DNA from: an uncultured Gemmatimonadaceae bacterium
GTDB lineage: Bacteria > Gemmatimonadota > Gemmatimonadetes > Gemmatimonadales > Gemmatimonadaceae
NCBI GenBank assembly: GCA_963781585.1
Contig: CAWAGQ010000004.1
Span: forward strand, 960,001 to 1,024,000
Length of the DNA: 64,000 nucleotides
Direction of reading: 5' to 3'
The notes beneath the pieces are model-generated. The model saw only the letters and a program-made list of their open reading frames with translations. It searched no databases and was not told where the DNA came from. Of this stretch, positions 1 to 9,321 are shown in pieces. The position numbers and the translations under genes are program-made. Numbering within the stretch: the stretch's first letter is position 1; each line of letters begins with the position of its first letter.

Positions 1-1195
1 GCGTGCGGAAGCGCGGGTGCACGCGCGCCATCACCGGCGGGAGCAGGCCATCGCGCGCCATGGAGAAGAAGATGCGTGGCTGCCCGAGCTGGAAGACCAG
101 GAGCACGCTGCCCATCGCGATCACCGCGCCCAGCGCGATGATGAACCGCGACGCATTGAGCAGGGCCGGCGGACCGTTGGCGAACTGCAGTGCGGTGATC
201 ATCGGCTCCGGCGTCCCCAGCTGGCGCCACGGTGCGATTCCCGTCAGTACCGCCGCCAGCGCGATGTACAGGACGGTGCAGACGATCAGACTCATTACGA
301 TGCCGAACGGCATGTCCTTCGCCGGATTCTTCGTCTCCTCGGCCGCGGTCGACACCGCATCGAATCCGATGTAGGCGAAGAAGATGATCGCGGCGGCCGC
401 GCTGACGCCGGCCGCGCCGTTAGGAGCGAATCCGCCAGTGGCGGGATTGGTCCAGTTCCCCGGGTGGATCAGGAAGGCACCGACCGCCAGGAAGAACAGG
501 ATGATCCCCACCTTCAGGACCACCATCGCGGTGTTGGTGTTTGCCGATTCCTTGATCCCGATGACCAGCAGGATCGTGATCAGGAAAACGACCGCCGCCG
601 CGGGCAGGTTGACGATGAACGGGATGCCCAGGAGGTGTGGGGCGGTGGTCCACGCCGACCCGAGAAACTGCATACTCGCGTCGGCGCCGCCGGCGGTCAC
701 GGCGTTGAAGGCGTCGTGGGCAGAGCGGTAGTCGGTGACCAGCCAGGCCGGAAGGCTGAGGCCGAAGTGGCTGATCAGCTCGAGGAAATGCCCCGACCAC
801 CCGATCGCCACGCCGATATTGCCGACCGCGTACTCGATGATCAGGTCCCAGCCGATGATCCACGCCACCAGCTCGCCCAGCGATGCATACGAATACGTGT
901 ACGCCGAGCCGGAGACCGGCACCATCGCCGCGAACTCGGCGTAGCAGAGCGCGGCGAACCCGCAGGCCACCGCGGTGAGCAGGAACGACAGCACGATCGC
1001 CGGGCCGGCACCAGGCCGCGCAGCGTCACCGACGATCGCAGTCCCGGTGGTGGCGAAGATCCCCGCCCCGATGGTCGCGCCGACACCCAGCGCGGTGAGC
1101 TGCCACTTGCCCAACGTCCGTTTCAGCCCGCCGCTGTGCGCTATGTCGGCCTCGAAATCGGCAACCGACTTGCGCGCGAAGAGATCGTTGGCCAC
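1..1195 (-). CDS. APC-family amino acid permease (3' end lies outside the window)
   Basis: Manual translation from GTG at 1195: MANDLFARKSVADFEADIAHSGGLKRTLGKWQLTALGVGATIGAGIFATTG...GPAIVLSF...CYAEFAAMVPVSGSAYTYSY; GGAGGG RBS upstream; missing from the ORF track because no stop lies in the window. Confidence 0.9.
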   Translation of the reverse strand, partial: MANDLFARKSVADFEADIAHSGGLKRTLGKWQLTALGVGATIGAGIFATTGTAIVGDAARPGAGPAIVLSFLLTAVACGFAALCYAEFAAMVPVSGSAYTYSYASLGELVAWIIGWDLIIEYAVGNIGVAIGWSGHFLELISHFGLSLPAWLVTDYRSAHDAFNAVTAGGADASMQFLGSAWTTAPHLLGIPFIVNLPAAAVVFLITILLVIGIKESANTNTAMVVLKVGIILFFLAVGAFLIHPGNWTNPATGGFAPNGAAGVSAAAAIIFFAYIGFDAVSTAAEETKNPAKDMPFGIVMSLIVCTVLYIALAAVLTGIAPWRQLGTPEPMITALQFANGPPALLNASRFIIALGAVIAMGSVLLVFQLGQPRIFFSMARDGLLPPVMARVHPRFRT

Positions 1196-1215
1196 CGATC
1201 ACCCTCCCCGGTGCA

Positions 1216-3780
1216 TCACGCCGTCACCCGCCCCGACCCCGCCGCAACGCCGCCCGGCGCGGGCTCGGCCTCGATGCGCATTCCGTAGAACGAGCGGACG
1301 ACGAACCCGATGGATATGGCGAAGAAGACCAGCGCCAGCGCATGGCTCAACACGTGTCCCCGCTCAGCCGCCAGATACACGCCCAGCTCCACGGCAAGCA
1401 GGCCGAACAGCGTGGTGAACTTGATTACCGGATTCATGGCGACCGACGAGGTGTCCTTGAACGGATCACCAACCGTGTCGCCGACCACCGTCGCGTCGTG
1501 GAGGTCGGTGCCCTTCAGCTTCAACTCGGTCTCGACGACCTTCTTGGCGTTGTCCCAGGCGCCCCCGGCGTTCGCCATGAAGATCGCCTGGAACAGGCCG
1601 AACAGCGCGATCGAAATCAGGTAACCGATGAAGAAGAACGGCTCGGCGAACGCAAACGCGAGCGTGGCGAAGAAGACGGCCAGGAAGATGTTGAACATCC
1701 CCTTTTGCGCGTACTGGGTGCAGATCTCCACCACCTTTCGCGAATCTTCCACCGACGCCTTGGTCACCCCTTCCAGGCGGATGTTGCGCTTGATGAATGA
1801 CACGGCCCGGTAGGCCCCGGTCGTCACCGCCTGGATCGACGCGCCGGTGAACCAGTAGATCATCGCGCCCCCGGTGATGAGTCCCAGCAGGAAAGGCGGG
1901 TGGAGGATGGACAGATTCGCCATCCCCTCGGTGAGGCCCTTGGTGAGCGCCATGATGATCGAGAAGATCATGGTGGTGGCGCCCACGACCGCTGTACCGA
2001 TGAGCACCGGCTTGGCCGTTGCCTTGAAGGTGTTGCCGGCGCCGTCGTTCTCCTCGAGCATCTCCTTGGCGACGGTGAAATCCGGGGTGAAATGGAAGTC
2101 GCGTCTGATCTCTTCGGCCACGCCCGGAATCGCCTCGATGGTGGACAACTCGTAGATCGACTGCGCGTTGTCCGTCACCGGCCCGTAGCTGTCCACCGCG
2201 ATCGTCACCGGTCCCATACCGAGAAAGCCGAACGCGACCAGGCCGAACGCGAACACCGCCGGCGCTTTCATGATGCCGCTGCTCAGGTCTCCTGTACTGA
2301 CGAAATACGCGATCGCCATCAGCCCCATGATCGCCATTCCCAGCCAGTAGGCAGAGAAGTTGCCCGCCACCAGTCCGGACAGGATGTTGAGCGACGCCCC
2401 GCCCTCCCGCGACGAGGTCACCACTTCACGCACGTGACGCGACTTCATGGACGTGAAGACCTTCACCATCTCCGGGATGATCGCCCCGGCCAGCGTGCCG
2501 CAGGTGATGACCAGCGACAGCTGCCACCAGAGCGCGCTGTTACCACCGAGGGTAGGGAGCGCGAACTTCGAGACCACGAACGTGAGCAGTACCGACACGA
2601 TCGAGGTGAGCCAGACGAGCTGCGTGAGCGGCGCCTCGAAATTCATCTTCCCCATGGAGCCGCCGTAGCGTGCCTTCGCGAGGCTGTCGTTGATCACGTA
2701 CGACAGGCCCGACGCGAGGATCATCATGATTCGCATCAGGAAGATCCACACCAGCAGCTGCGCCTGTACCGTGGTGTCCGGCACCGCCAGCACGATGAAG
2801 GAGATCAGCGCCACCCCGGTGACGCCGTAGGTCTCGAAACCGTCGGCCGTCGGGCCCACCGAGTCGCCGGCGTTGTCGCCGGTGCAATCCGCGATCACCC
2901 CCGGATTGCGGGCGTCGTCCTCCTTGATCTTGAAGACGACCTTCATGAGATCCGACCCGATGTCCGCGATCTTGGTGAAGATCCCGCCCGCAATACGGAG
3001 CGCGGAGGCGCCGAGCGATTCTCCTATCGCAAATCCGAGGAAGCAGGCCCCCGCCACCGACGTGGGAATGAACAGGAGGATGCCAAGCATGAACAGCAGC
3101 TCGACCGAGATGAGCATCATCCCGACGCTCATTCCGGCGCGCAACGGGATTGCGTAAACCGGGAAGGCCTTCCCTTCCAGGCTGGCGAAGGCGGTGCGTG
3201 AATTGGCAAGGGTATTGATCCGGATGCCGTACCAGGCAACCGAATAGCTGCCGAGCATCCCGATGAGACTGAAGAGGAGAATGATCAGGATCTTGGGAAG
3301 CGCGAGCCCGGTCACCTCGAAGTAGACGACGATGATCGCGCCAATGAAGGCGAAGAGGATCAGCAAAAACTTCCCCTGCTGCAGCAGATACGTCTTGCAG
3401 GTCTGGAAGATCAGCTCCGAGACTTCGGCCATGGAGCCGTGCACCGGCAGGTGCTTCACGCCGGAATAGGTGAAGGCGCCGAACAGCAGTCCGAGCACGC
3501 ACACGATCAGCCCGTAGAGCAGGATCCCGTGTCCCGTCATCCCGAGGAAGTTGCCTTGCCTGAGGTCGGGGAGCACGAGGTTGACCTCTCCCCCTGGCCG
3601 CTCCGCCTGAGCCGCGGCGGACGGTTGCTGCAGCACCGCCGCTGTCGCGGCCGCAACCGGGGTGGTCGTCCCCTGCTGTGCATGCGCATTCGGCACGAAG
3701 AGCGAAGCGGTCGCGCCCACGAACGTCACGGCCACAAGACACGGAACGACCCGTCGAAACCACCGATTCATCGTCATCAT
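1216..3780 (-). CDS. hppA: Membrane-bound H+-translocating pyrophosphatase, K+-independent/divergent type
   Basis: Motifs GGIFTKIADIGSDL, EDDARNPGVIADCTGDNAGD, DSYGPVTDNA, GNTFKA, GGAWDNAKK, GDTVGDPFKDTS; many TM segments; start may be 3777 or 3771. Confidence 0.95.
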   Translation of the reverse strand: MMTMNRWFRRVVPCLVAVTFVGATASLFVPNAHAQQGTTTPVAAATAAVLQQPSAAAQAERPGGEVNLVLPDLRQGNFLGMTGHGILLYGLIVCVLGLLFGAFTYSGVKHLPVHGSMAEVSELIFQTCKTYLLQQGKFLLILFAFIGAIIVVYFEVTGLALPKILIILLFSLIGMLGSYSVAWYGIRINTLANSRTAFASLEGKAFPVYAIPLRAGMSVGMMLISVELLFMLGILLFIPTSVAGACFLGFAIGESLGASALRIAGGIFTKIADIGSDLMKVVFKIKEDDARNPGVIADCTGDNAGDSVGPTADGFETYGVTGVALISFIVLAVPDTTVQAQLLVWIFLMRIMMILASGLSYVINDSLAKARYGGSMGKMNFEAPLTQLVWLTSIVSVLLTFVVSKFALPTLGGNSALWWQLSLVITCGTLAGAIIPEMVKVFTSMKSRHVREVVTSSREGGASLNILSGLVAGNFSAYWLGMAIMGLMAIAYFVSTGDLSSGIMKAPAVFAFGLVAFGFLGMGPVTIAVDSYGPVTDNAQSIYELSTIEAIPGVAEEIRRDFHFTPDFTVAKEMLEENDGAGNTFKATAKPVLIGTAVVGATTMIFSIIMALTKGLTEGMANLSILHPPFLLGLITGGAMIYWFTGASIQAVTTGAYRAVSFIKRNIRLEGVTKASVEDSRKVVEICTQYAQKGMFNIFLAVFFATLAFAFAEPFFFIGYLISIALFGLFQAIFMANAGGAWDNAKKVVETELKLKGTDLHDATVVGDTVGDPFKDTSSVAMNPVIKFTTLFGLLAVELGVYLAAERGHVLSHALALVFFAISIGFVVRSFYGMRIEAEPAPGGVAAGSGRVTA

Positions 3781-3952
3781 TCTCCGAGAGATAGAACCAC
3801 GACCCAGCGCGGCGCGCTCGACATCGCCGGCGGGCAGAGGAAGTCAGCACACGGTTGTGGAGCGTCGGTCAGAGCGGCCACGCTGCTGTGAGAAACCGGG
3901 TCGTGCTGGCGAGGGTAGGTCACCGGCGGGCGGGACAGCCGGGACCGGGCAC

Positions 3953-3983
3953 AAAAAATCCGGCGACAAGTTATCCTCGCCGG
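3953..3983 (-). terminator. Rho-independent terminator after the TonB-like gene
   Basis: Minus strand CCGGCGA-N10-TCGCCGG followed by ATTTTTT. Confidence 0.7.
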
Positions 3984-4016
3984 CGCCATCTTGCCAGACC
4001 TTTGCAGCCGTTGGCT

Positions 4017-4850
4017 TTACATCGCCTCAGCCGTCACGATCGCGATCGCCGTAATGGGTCGTCCGTCCAGACGTACCGCCGGGCGAAAACGGATCTCCAG
4101 CAGCATTTCCTTGATCCGGCGATTGTAGCCGGCGTCCCGCGACGGACTGAAGTCCAGCAACTTCGCATTCCCGAGAGTATCCACCTCGAATCGGGCCACC
4201 ATGCGGTACGGGCGCACCTTCGAGGGAATCGGCAGCGGAAGGATCGGCAGTGCCACCACACTCGGTGGATAGATGGTGTCCGATCCACCGCCGGTACCGG
4301 GCCCGTTCCCTGACCCTCGACCCGTTCCCACGCCCGATCCGACCCCTCCACCCCTTCCCGGCCCAGTCCCCGACGTGCCGTCCGTGCCCGTGCCGCCTGT
4401 CGCCGCCCCCGAGATGGAGTCGAGAACAGCCATCGGTGCGGGCACCGAGGGCGGAATGGGAGCCGGCTCGGGTTGCTTCACCTCGGGCGGCAGCTTCTTG
4501 ACCTCGACCGGCTTCTTCACCGGTTCAGGTTCTGGACGCTTTTGCTGGGGGATCGAGAGCTGAAGGTACCGGAGGCGCTCGCGCGCCTTGAGCTCCGGGA
4601 TCCCGCCGCCGCGGTTTCCACCGCCACCGCCCCCCGAGGGTCCGGCCCCTCCGGCGCCCAGGGGCGTCGGGGCGGCGAGGCGCGAGATGACCAGAGTGGG
4701 GGCAAGAACGAGTAGGATGATCAGGACATGGAGCAGCACCGAGGCGACCGTAGCTCGCGCCCGAGGTTCTCCGCGCAGCGGGATCCCGATTGGCGGCCGG
4801 TAGGGTGGCCTCGATAGCGTGCCTGTGTCAGGCGGCTGCGGCTGCGTCAT
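4017..4850 (-). CDS. TonB-like energy transducer (TM anchor, Pro/Gly-rich linker, TonB_C-like end)
   Basis: SVLLHVLIILLVL anchor with SxxxH motif, PEPEPVKKP and Gly-rich linker, C-terminal MVARFEVDTLGNAK...IRFRPAVRLDGRPI; follows exbD genes; start ATG 4850 (track start 4892). Confidence 0.7.
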   Translation of the reverse strand: MTQPQPPDTGTLSRPPYRPPIGIPLRGEPRARATVASVLLHVLIILLVLAPTLVISRLAAPTPLGAGGAGPSGGGGGGNRGGGIPELKARERLRYLQLSIPQQKRPEPEPVKKPVEVKKLPPEVKQPEPAPIPPSVPAPMAVLDSISGAATGGTGTDGTSGTGPGRGGGVGSGVGTGRGSGNGPGTGGGSDTIYPPSVVALPILPLPIPSKVRPYRMVARFEVDTLGNAKLLDFSPSRDAGYNRRIKEMLLEIRFRPAVRLDGRPITAIAIVTAEAM

Positions 4851-4907
4851 GTGGGGGAGTGGGTGCTGGACGAAGACGGTTGGCGTCTTCACGGCGGCAC
4901 ACCACGG

Positions 4908-4948
4908 AAAATAGTACGGCGGGTGAACCCTGAAGGTTCACCCGCCGT
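4908..4948 (-). terminator. Terminator hairpin after tonB-exbB-exbD-exbD
   Basis: Perfect 14-bp inverted repeat ACGGCGGGTGAACC/GGTTCACCCGCCGT (4916-4948), followed on the minus strand by ACTATTTT. Confidence 0.7.
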
Positions 4949-4982
4949 GGATGGGGCGGCAGCTTCGGCGTTCGCCGCGCCG

Positions 4983-5396
4983 CTACTCGGTGGACTTGGG
5001 AGGCACGCCAATCACCTTCACGCCGGCGCCGCGCGCCACGTCCATCGCCCAGATCACGTCCTGATATTTCACCGCCGGATCGCCCTTCACGAACATGATC
5101 TTGTCGGGCCGTGGGTCGTAGATCTCCTTGAGCTTCCCGGGGAGCTCATCCTTCGTGTACGCCGTCTTGTTCACTGCGAACTGGCCGCCGGGCAGCACCT
5201 CGAGCACGATCTGCTGATTGTTTTGCTGATCCTTCTGCTGCGGCGCGTCCGGATCGGGCAACTGCAGATCGATGGCGCGCCGGAGCATGGGCTGGATGAC
5301 CATGAAGATGATCAGCAGCACCAGCAGCACGTCGATCATTGGCACGACATTGGGCTCGTTCTTGAGGCCCTGAGCCCCCATCGACATTCCGGCCAT
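4983..5396 (-). CDS. exbD: Biopolymer transporter ExbD/TolR
   Basis: EPNVVPMIDVLLVLLIIFMV motif; VKGDPAVKYQDVIWAMD. Confidence 0.92.
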   Translation of the reverse strand: MAGMSMGAQGLKNEPNVVPMIDVLLVLLIIFMVIQPMLRRAIDLQLPDPDAPQQKDQQNNQQIVLEVLPGGQFAVNKTAYTKDELPGKLKEIYDPRPDKIMFVKGDPAVKYQDVIWAMDVARGAGVKVIGVPPKSTE

Positions 5397-5414
5397 TTAT
5401 CGAGTTCTCCGTCG

Positions 5415-5888
5415 TTATGGCTTCTTGGTTCCCTTTTCCTTGTCGGCCAGCGGATCGTCACCCACCACCGTCGAGACGGTGCCCGGGATCTGGTCGGCAA
5501 TGGCGCCCACCACCCGCACCCCGTTCTTCGACGCGAGGTCCATCGCATCGATCACCGCCGAGTACGGCAGGTCCTTGTCCGCCTTGACGTACAACACGTG
5601 GTCGTCGCGGTTGGCGTAGATCCGCTTGAGGGTCTCGCCGAGTGTGTCTTCCGCAATCGGCCGCTTGTTCAGGTAGAACTTGCCATCCTTGTCGATGCCG
5701 AGCACCTGGTCCGCGTCTTCCTCCGGATGGCCCTTCAGGTTCTGGCCCTGGGGAGGAATGGCGGTGAAGCCCGCCGCCAGTGCGGGGGTCACGACCATGA
5801 AGATGATCAGGAGCACCAGCATGACGTCGATCATGGGCACGACGTTAGGCTCCGCCTTCACGCCGCCGATTCCGACTGCCATTCCCAT
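5415..5888 (-). CDS. exbD: Biopolymer transporter ExbD/TolR (second paralog)
   Basis: EPNVVPMIDVMLVLLIIFMV; VKADKDLPYSAVIDAMD. Confidence 0.92.
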   Translation of the reverse strand: MGMAVGIGGVKAEPNVVPMIDVMLVLLIIFMVVTPALAAGFTAIPPQGQNLKGHPEEDADQVLGIDKDGKFYLNKRPIAEDTLGETLKRIYANRDDHVLYVKADKDLPYSAVIDAMDLASKNGVRVVGAIADQIPGTVSTVVGDDPLADKEKGTKKP

Positions 5889-5925
5889 GGGAGAAGTCCG
5901 TTAAGAGTGTGCGCTGATGAGTCGG

Positions 5926-6663
5926 TTACGAGGAGATCGGGCCGCCGGCCGAGGCCTGCGTGTTGAACTCGCGGGTGAAGCGCGAGCGGCCGAACTCTCC
6001 GGACACGCCCTTGATGAGATAGTCGATCATTTCCTTGGACGTGTACGTCATCTCGGCCGTCAGGTTGTCGACCTTGGTGGTGAAGTAGTTGTAGAACCAC
6101 ACCGCCGGGATGGCCACGATCAGTCCGAATCCGGTTGCGATCAGGGCCTCGGCGATACCGGCGGCGATGGCGGTGATACCACCGGAGCCGGAACGGGCCA
6201 TGCCGTTGAACGCGTTGATGATGCCGAACACCGTGCCGAGCAGGCCGACGAACGGAGCCGTTGCGCCCACCGTGGCAAGAACGGCAAGGCCGCGTTTCAA
6301 CTGCACCAGTTCCATGAGCATCTCACGTTCCACCGCGCGTTCCGCCGTGTTGATGTCGGACACGGTAATCGAACCGTCCATGATGAGCGGTTTCACCTCG
6401 CCCAGCGCACCGCCCAGCACCCGCGCGACGTGCGACTTCTTGTAGCCCTCGGCGAGCTTGATGGCCTCGGTGAGGTTGTCCTCTTCCAGGAACTGCGAGA
6501 ATTCAGGCGCAAACTTGACCGTTTCCTTCTGCGCCTTGCGGAGGTTCCACCACTTCCCGATGGCCACCGAGAGTGACCACACCGACATGAAGAGAAGGAT
6601 GGCCCACAGGAGTTTTCCGAAGATCGGTGTCTTGGCCCAAATCTCGGCAAGTGAAATGTTCAT
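5926..6663 (-). CDS. exbB: MotA/TolQ/ExbB proton channel
   Basis: LATVGATAPFVGLLGTVFGIINAF...GIAEALIATGFGLIVAIPAV motif. Confidence 0.93.
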   Translation of the reverse strand: MNISLAEIWAKTPIFGKLLWAILLFMSVWSLSVAIGKWWNLRKAQKETVKFAPEFSQFLEEDNLTEAIKLAEGYKKSHVARVLGGALGEVKPLIMDGSITVSDINTAERAVEREMLMELVQLKRGLAVLATVGATAPFVGLLGTVFGIINAFNGMARSGSGGITAIAAGIAEALIATGFGLIVAIPAVWFYNYFTTKVDNLTAEMTYTSKEMIDYLIKGVSGEFGRSRFTREFNTQASAGGPISS

Positions 6664-6705
6664 AACGCGCGGACCCCGGCGATGTGAAGGTGAGAGAGAG
6701 CGCTC

Positions 6706-7407
6706 TTAACGACTGATCGTGAACGTGAACGGCTGCTGCACGAGCTGCTTGACTTTTCTCCCGCCCACTTCGGCCGGGATGAATCGCATGCGCGGGAGCG
6801 CCTGGCGCACCGCGTTGGTGAACTGCTCGTTCGAGCTCCGCAGGACCTTGAACGAGGCCGGCTCGGCCCGCCCCGTCGTGTCGACCACGAAGGTCGCGAG
6901 CACTTCGCCTTCGATGCCGGCCTGGCGCAGAATATCCGGATACTGGGGAGTTCCGGATCCCGGAGCCGTCATGACCGGCTTCTCGACCTGGAACTCGAAG
7001 TAGGTCTGATCCTCGTGGACCTCGACCTTCTTCTCCGTCCCTTTCGCGAAACCGCCCTGCTGACCCTTCCCCGTGAAGTCGGCTTCGTTGGTCACTGCGC
7101 GCGTGAGGTCGATGTCGGGAAGGACGTTCGGAATCTCGACCGGCGCGGTGATCGTCTGGAATCCCTTCGGCGGGGGCGGCACCGCAGCAATCTCGGGCGG
7201 TGGCGGCTCCTTCGGCTTCGGCGGCTCGGCCTTCTTCACCTGCACGAAGTCGACCTTCTCTTCCTTTGGCTTCTCGTCTTCCTGCGCTGCATTCGCAGTG
7301 GCGTAGATCGCCAGCGCAATCAGTCCGTAATGCATCACGAACGAGAAAACCGTGCTGCCAACCTTCCGTTGCCCTTTCCTTCTCGACTCGACCAGGTTGT
7401 TGAACAT
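6706..7407 (-). CDS. tonB: Energy transducer TonB
   Basis: N-terminal TM with SFVMH, Pro-rich linker, YPDILRQAGIEGEVLATFVVDTTG TonB_C motif. Confidence 0.92.
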   Translation of the reverse strand: MFNNLVESRRKGQRKVGSTVFSFVMHYGLIALAIYATANAAQEDEKPKEEKVDFVQVKKAEPPKPKEPPPPEIAAVPPPPKGFQTITAPVEIPNVLPDIDLTRAVTNEADFTGKGQQGGFAKGTEKKVEVHEDQTYFEFQVEKPVMTAPGSGTPQYPDILRQAGIEGEVLATFVVDTTGRAEPASFKVLRSSNEQFTNAVRQALPRMRFIPAEVGGRKVKQLVQQPFTFTISR

Positions 7408-7683
7408 AACCCTCGTCCGGAGCGGTAAGACGTTGGTGTTCGCAGACTCGCCATCATTTTACAGCCGGATCCTGAAGGGGGAATGGCGGGAAGATTAAGA
7501 TTCGATGAAATCCGTAGCGCCCGGGCCCCCTTCAAGGCGCTGCCATTCTGCAACCTGAGCGGAGCCGGCGAAAGGGGGGATCTGCCGAAGCTCAACCGTG
7601 GTGAACCGGGCCGTGGCGGCACCGGATACCCCTATCGAATCCGGTCGGCAAAGCCCGCCGACGAAGCTGAACGCGGGCCGCCC

Positions 7684-7711
7684 ACCGCTGAGAGCTGATC
7701 GCTGACGGCCT
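7684..7711. repeat. Short degenerate heptamer tandem repeat
   Basis: ACCGCTG AGAGCTG ATCGCTG ACGGCCT immediately downstream of the kinase stop codon. Confidence 0.45.
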
Positions 7712-7723
7712 GGTGCGCGCGAC

Positions 7724-9211
7724 CTATCCCGTCGCGCGAAGTTCCGGTGACTCGCCGGCCGCCTCCGCCGCGGCGACCACGTCCGGCGGAGCCACGGGCA
7801 GCGTGACGGTGAACGTGCTGCCCCGGTGCAGCCGGGACTGGACGGTCATCGCGCCGCCGTGTGCCTGGGCGATCCACTGGCCGATGGCCAGCCCAAGGCC
7901 ATAGCCGCCGCGCTCGCCGCTGCGCGAACGGGCTCGATCGGCCCGCCAGAAGCGCTCGAAGACGTGGGGAAGGTCCACCGCCGAAATCCCGATTCCTGTG
8001 TCACGCACGCTGAACTCCACCTCCCCAGCGGTGCGCGTGAGGGAGATCTCCACCTGGCCGCCGGTTGGCGTGTACTTGAGCGCATTGGTAACCAGATTCA
8101 GGAACAGCTGGCGCAGACGGCTCAGATCGCCCATCACCGTCGCATCCTCCAGCACCGGGACCGCTACCCGTACGCCGGCGGCCTCCGCGAGGAGGTGAGC
8201 GGTCTCCACGACGTCGTGCACGAGGGGCTCGAGCCGCAGCGGTTCCCGATGCAGATCGAACCGGCCCTCGTCGGCGCGCGCCAGCATCAGCAGGCTTTCC
8301 ACCAGGTCCGCCATTCTCGCGGTTTCCTGCAGGGCCTCCTCCAGCGCCTCCAGTTGCTCCTCGCCATTGGCGGTGGCGTGCATCGCGTGTTCCACGTCAG
8401 CGCGCAATACCGTGAGCGGCGTCTTGAGCTCGTGGCTCGCATCGGCGGTGAAGCGCCGCAAGGCCGCGAAGGACTTCTCCAGGCGAGCGATCATCGAATT
8501 GAGCTGGAGCGTGAGACGGGTCAACTCGTCGTCTTCCGACACCAGCGGCAGGCGTCGATGCAGGCTGCGCCCGTCCGTAATGGCCGTGACCTCGCTGGTA
8601 ATGGTCTCGAGCGGCCGCAGGGCCCGATCGGCGATGACGTAGGCCCCACCGATCGAGACGCCGAGCAGGAGCGGGAGAACGACCAGCACCGCCCCGAGGA
8701 GCTGCAGTGCCGAGGACACGATTGATGGCGCGTCGGCGCCGGAGATCACACGAAGCTCGCCGTAGAACGCGTTCGGCTGCTTGCTCTCCACCAGCACGTA
8801 GGCGTGGTCCACCAGATTGACGACGGCCGAGGGGGCACCGTCGTGCAGAGCCTGGATCGCGTCGTCCACATCGACGCTGTCGGCATAGGACAAGCCGCCA
8901 GCCTGTGGCGACTCGTAGAGGATGTACCCGTCCTTGTTGAGCACGAGCAGGAAACCGGGCAGCATCTGCAGCAGGTCGGTGGTGTTCCGCTGAAACCCGC
9001 TGCTGAACTCCTGCTTGGGAGTAACCGTGATGGCTGAGACGGTGCGACGCAGGACGCCTACCGCGAGATCGCCGCGCAGCTTGGCTCGCGCCTCGGCATC
9101 GCGGTATTGCGAGGCGTTGTGCGCGGCGAACACGGCGACCCCGAACACCGCCAGCGTCGCGCACATCGCGGTGGCGTATCTGGTGGTAAGCCGGGTTCGA
9201 AGTGAAGCCAT
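7724..9211 (-). CDS. Membrane HAMP-domain sensor histidine kinase (CusS/CzcS-like)
   Basis: Two TM segments, HAMP, H-box FTADASHELKTPL, NLVTNALKY, DTGIGI, GGYGLGLAI; start ATG 9211 chosen over 9316. Confidence 0.93.
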   Translation of the reverse strand: MASLRTRLTTRYATAMCATLAVFGVAVFAAHNASQYRDAEARAKLRGDLAVGVLRRTVSAITVTPKQEFSSGFQRNTTDLLQMLPGFLLVLNKDGYILYESPQAGGLSYADSVDVDDAIQALHDGAPSAVVNLVDHAYVLVESKQPNAFYGELRVISGADAPSIVSSALQLLGAVLVVLPLLLGVSIGGAYVIADRALRPLETITSEVTAITDGRSLHRRLPLVSEDDELTRLTLQLNSMIARLEKSFAALRRFTADASHELKTPLTVLRADVEHAMHATANGEEQLEALEEALQETARMADLVESLLMLARADEGRFDLHREPLRLEPLVHDVVETAHLLAEAAGVRVAVPVLEDATVMGDLSRLRQLFLNLVTNALKYTPTGGQVEISLTRTAGEVEFSVRDTGIGISAVDLPHVFERFWRADRARSRSGERGGYGLGLAIGQWIAQAHGGAMTVQSRLHRGSTFTVTLPVAPPDVVAAAEAAGESPELRATG

Positions 9212-9321
9212 TTGCCAATCCGATGAGTGGGCAGCGCCGGGCTGCGGAGGAAGAAACGGGTTGCCGAAGCTCTGCCACTGATAGAACCAGAGCAGGAGGA
9301 TGCCCGCTTCCGGCACCGGAC

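Noticed and set aside
17..3850. Long opposite-strand or alternate-frame ORFs (17..1288, 1900..3201, 2540..3850 and many similar ones across the window)
   Set aside because: Shadow ORFs typical of GC-rich DNA; Arg/Gly/His-rich, no motifs, and fully overlapping well-supported genes
7500..7560. Sigma54 promoter upstream of tonB (TGGCAGCGCCTTGAA, minus strand)
   Set aside because: Spacing between the -24 and -12 elements is one base short of the strict requirement; a TAAAAT -10 near 7456-7461 is a better candidate
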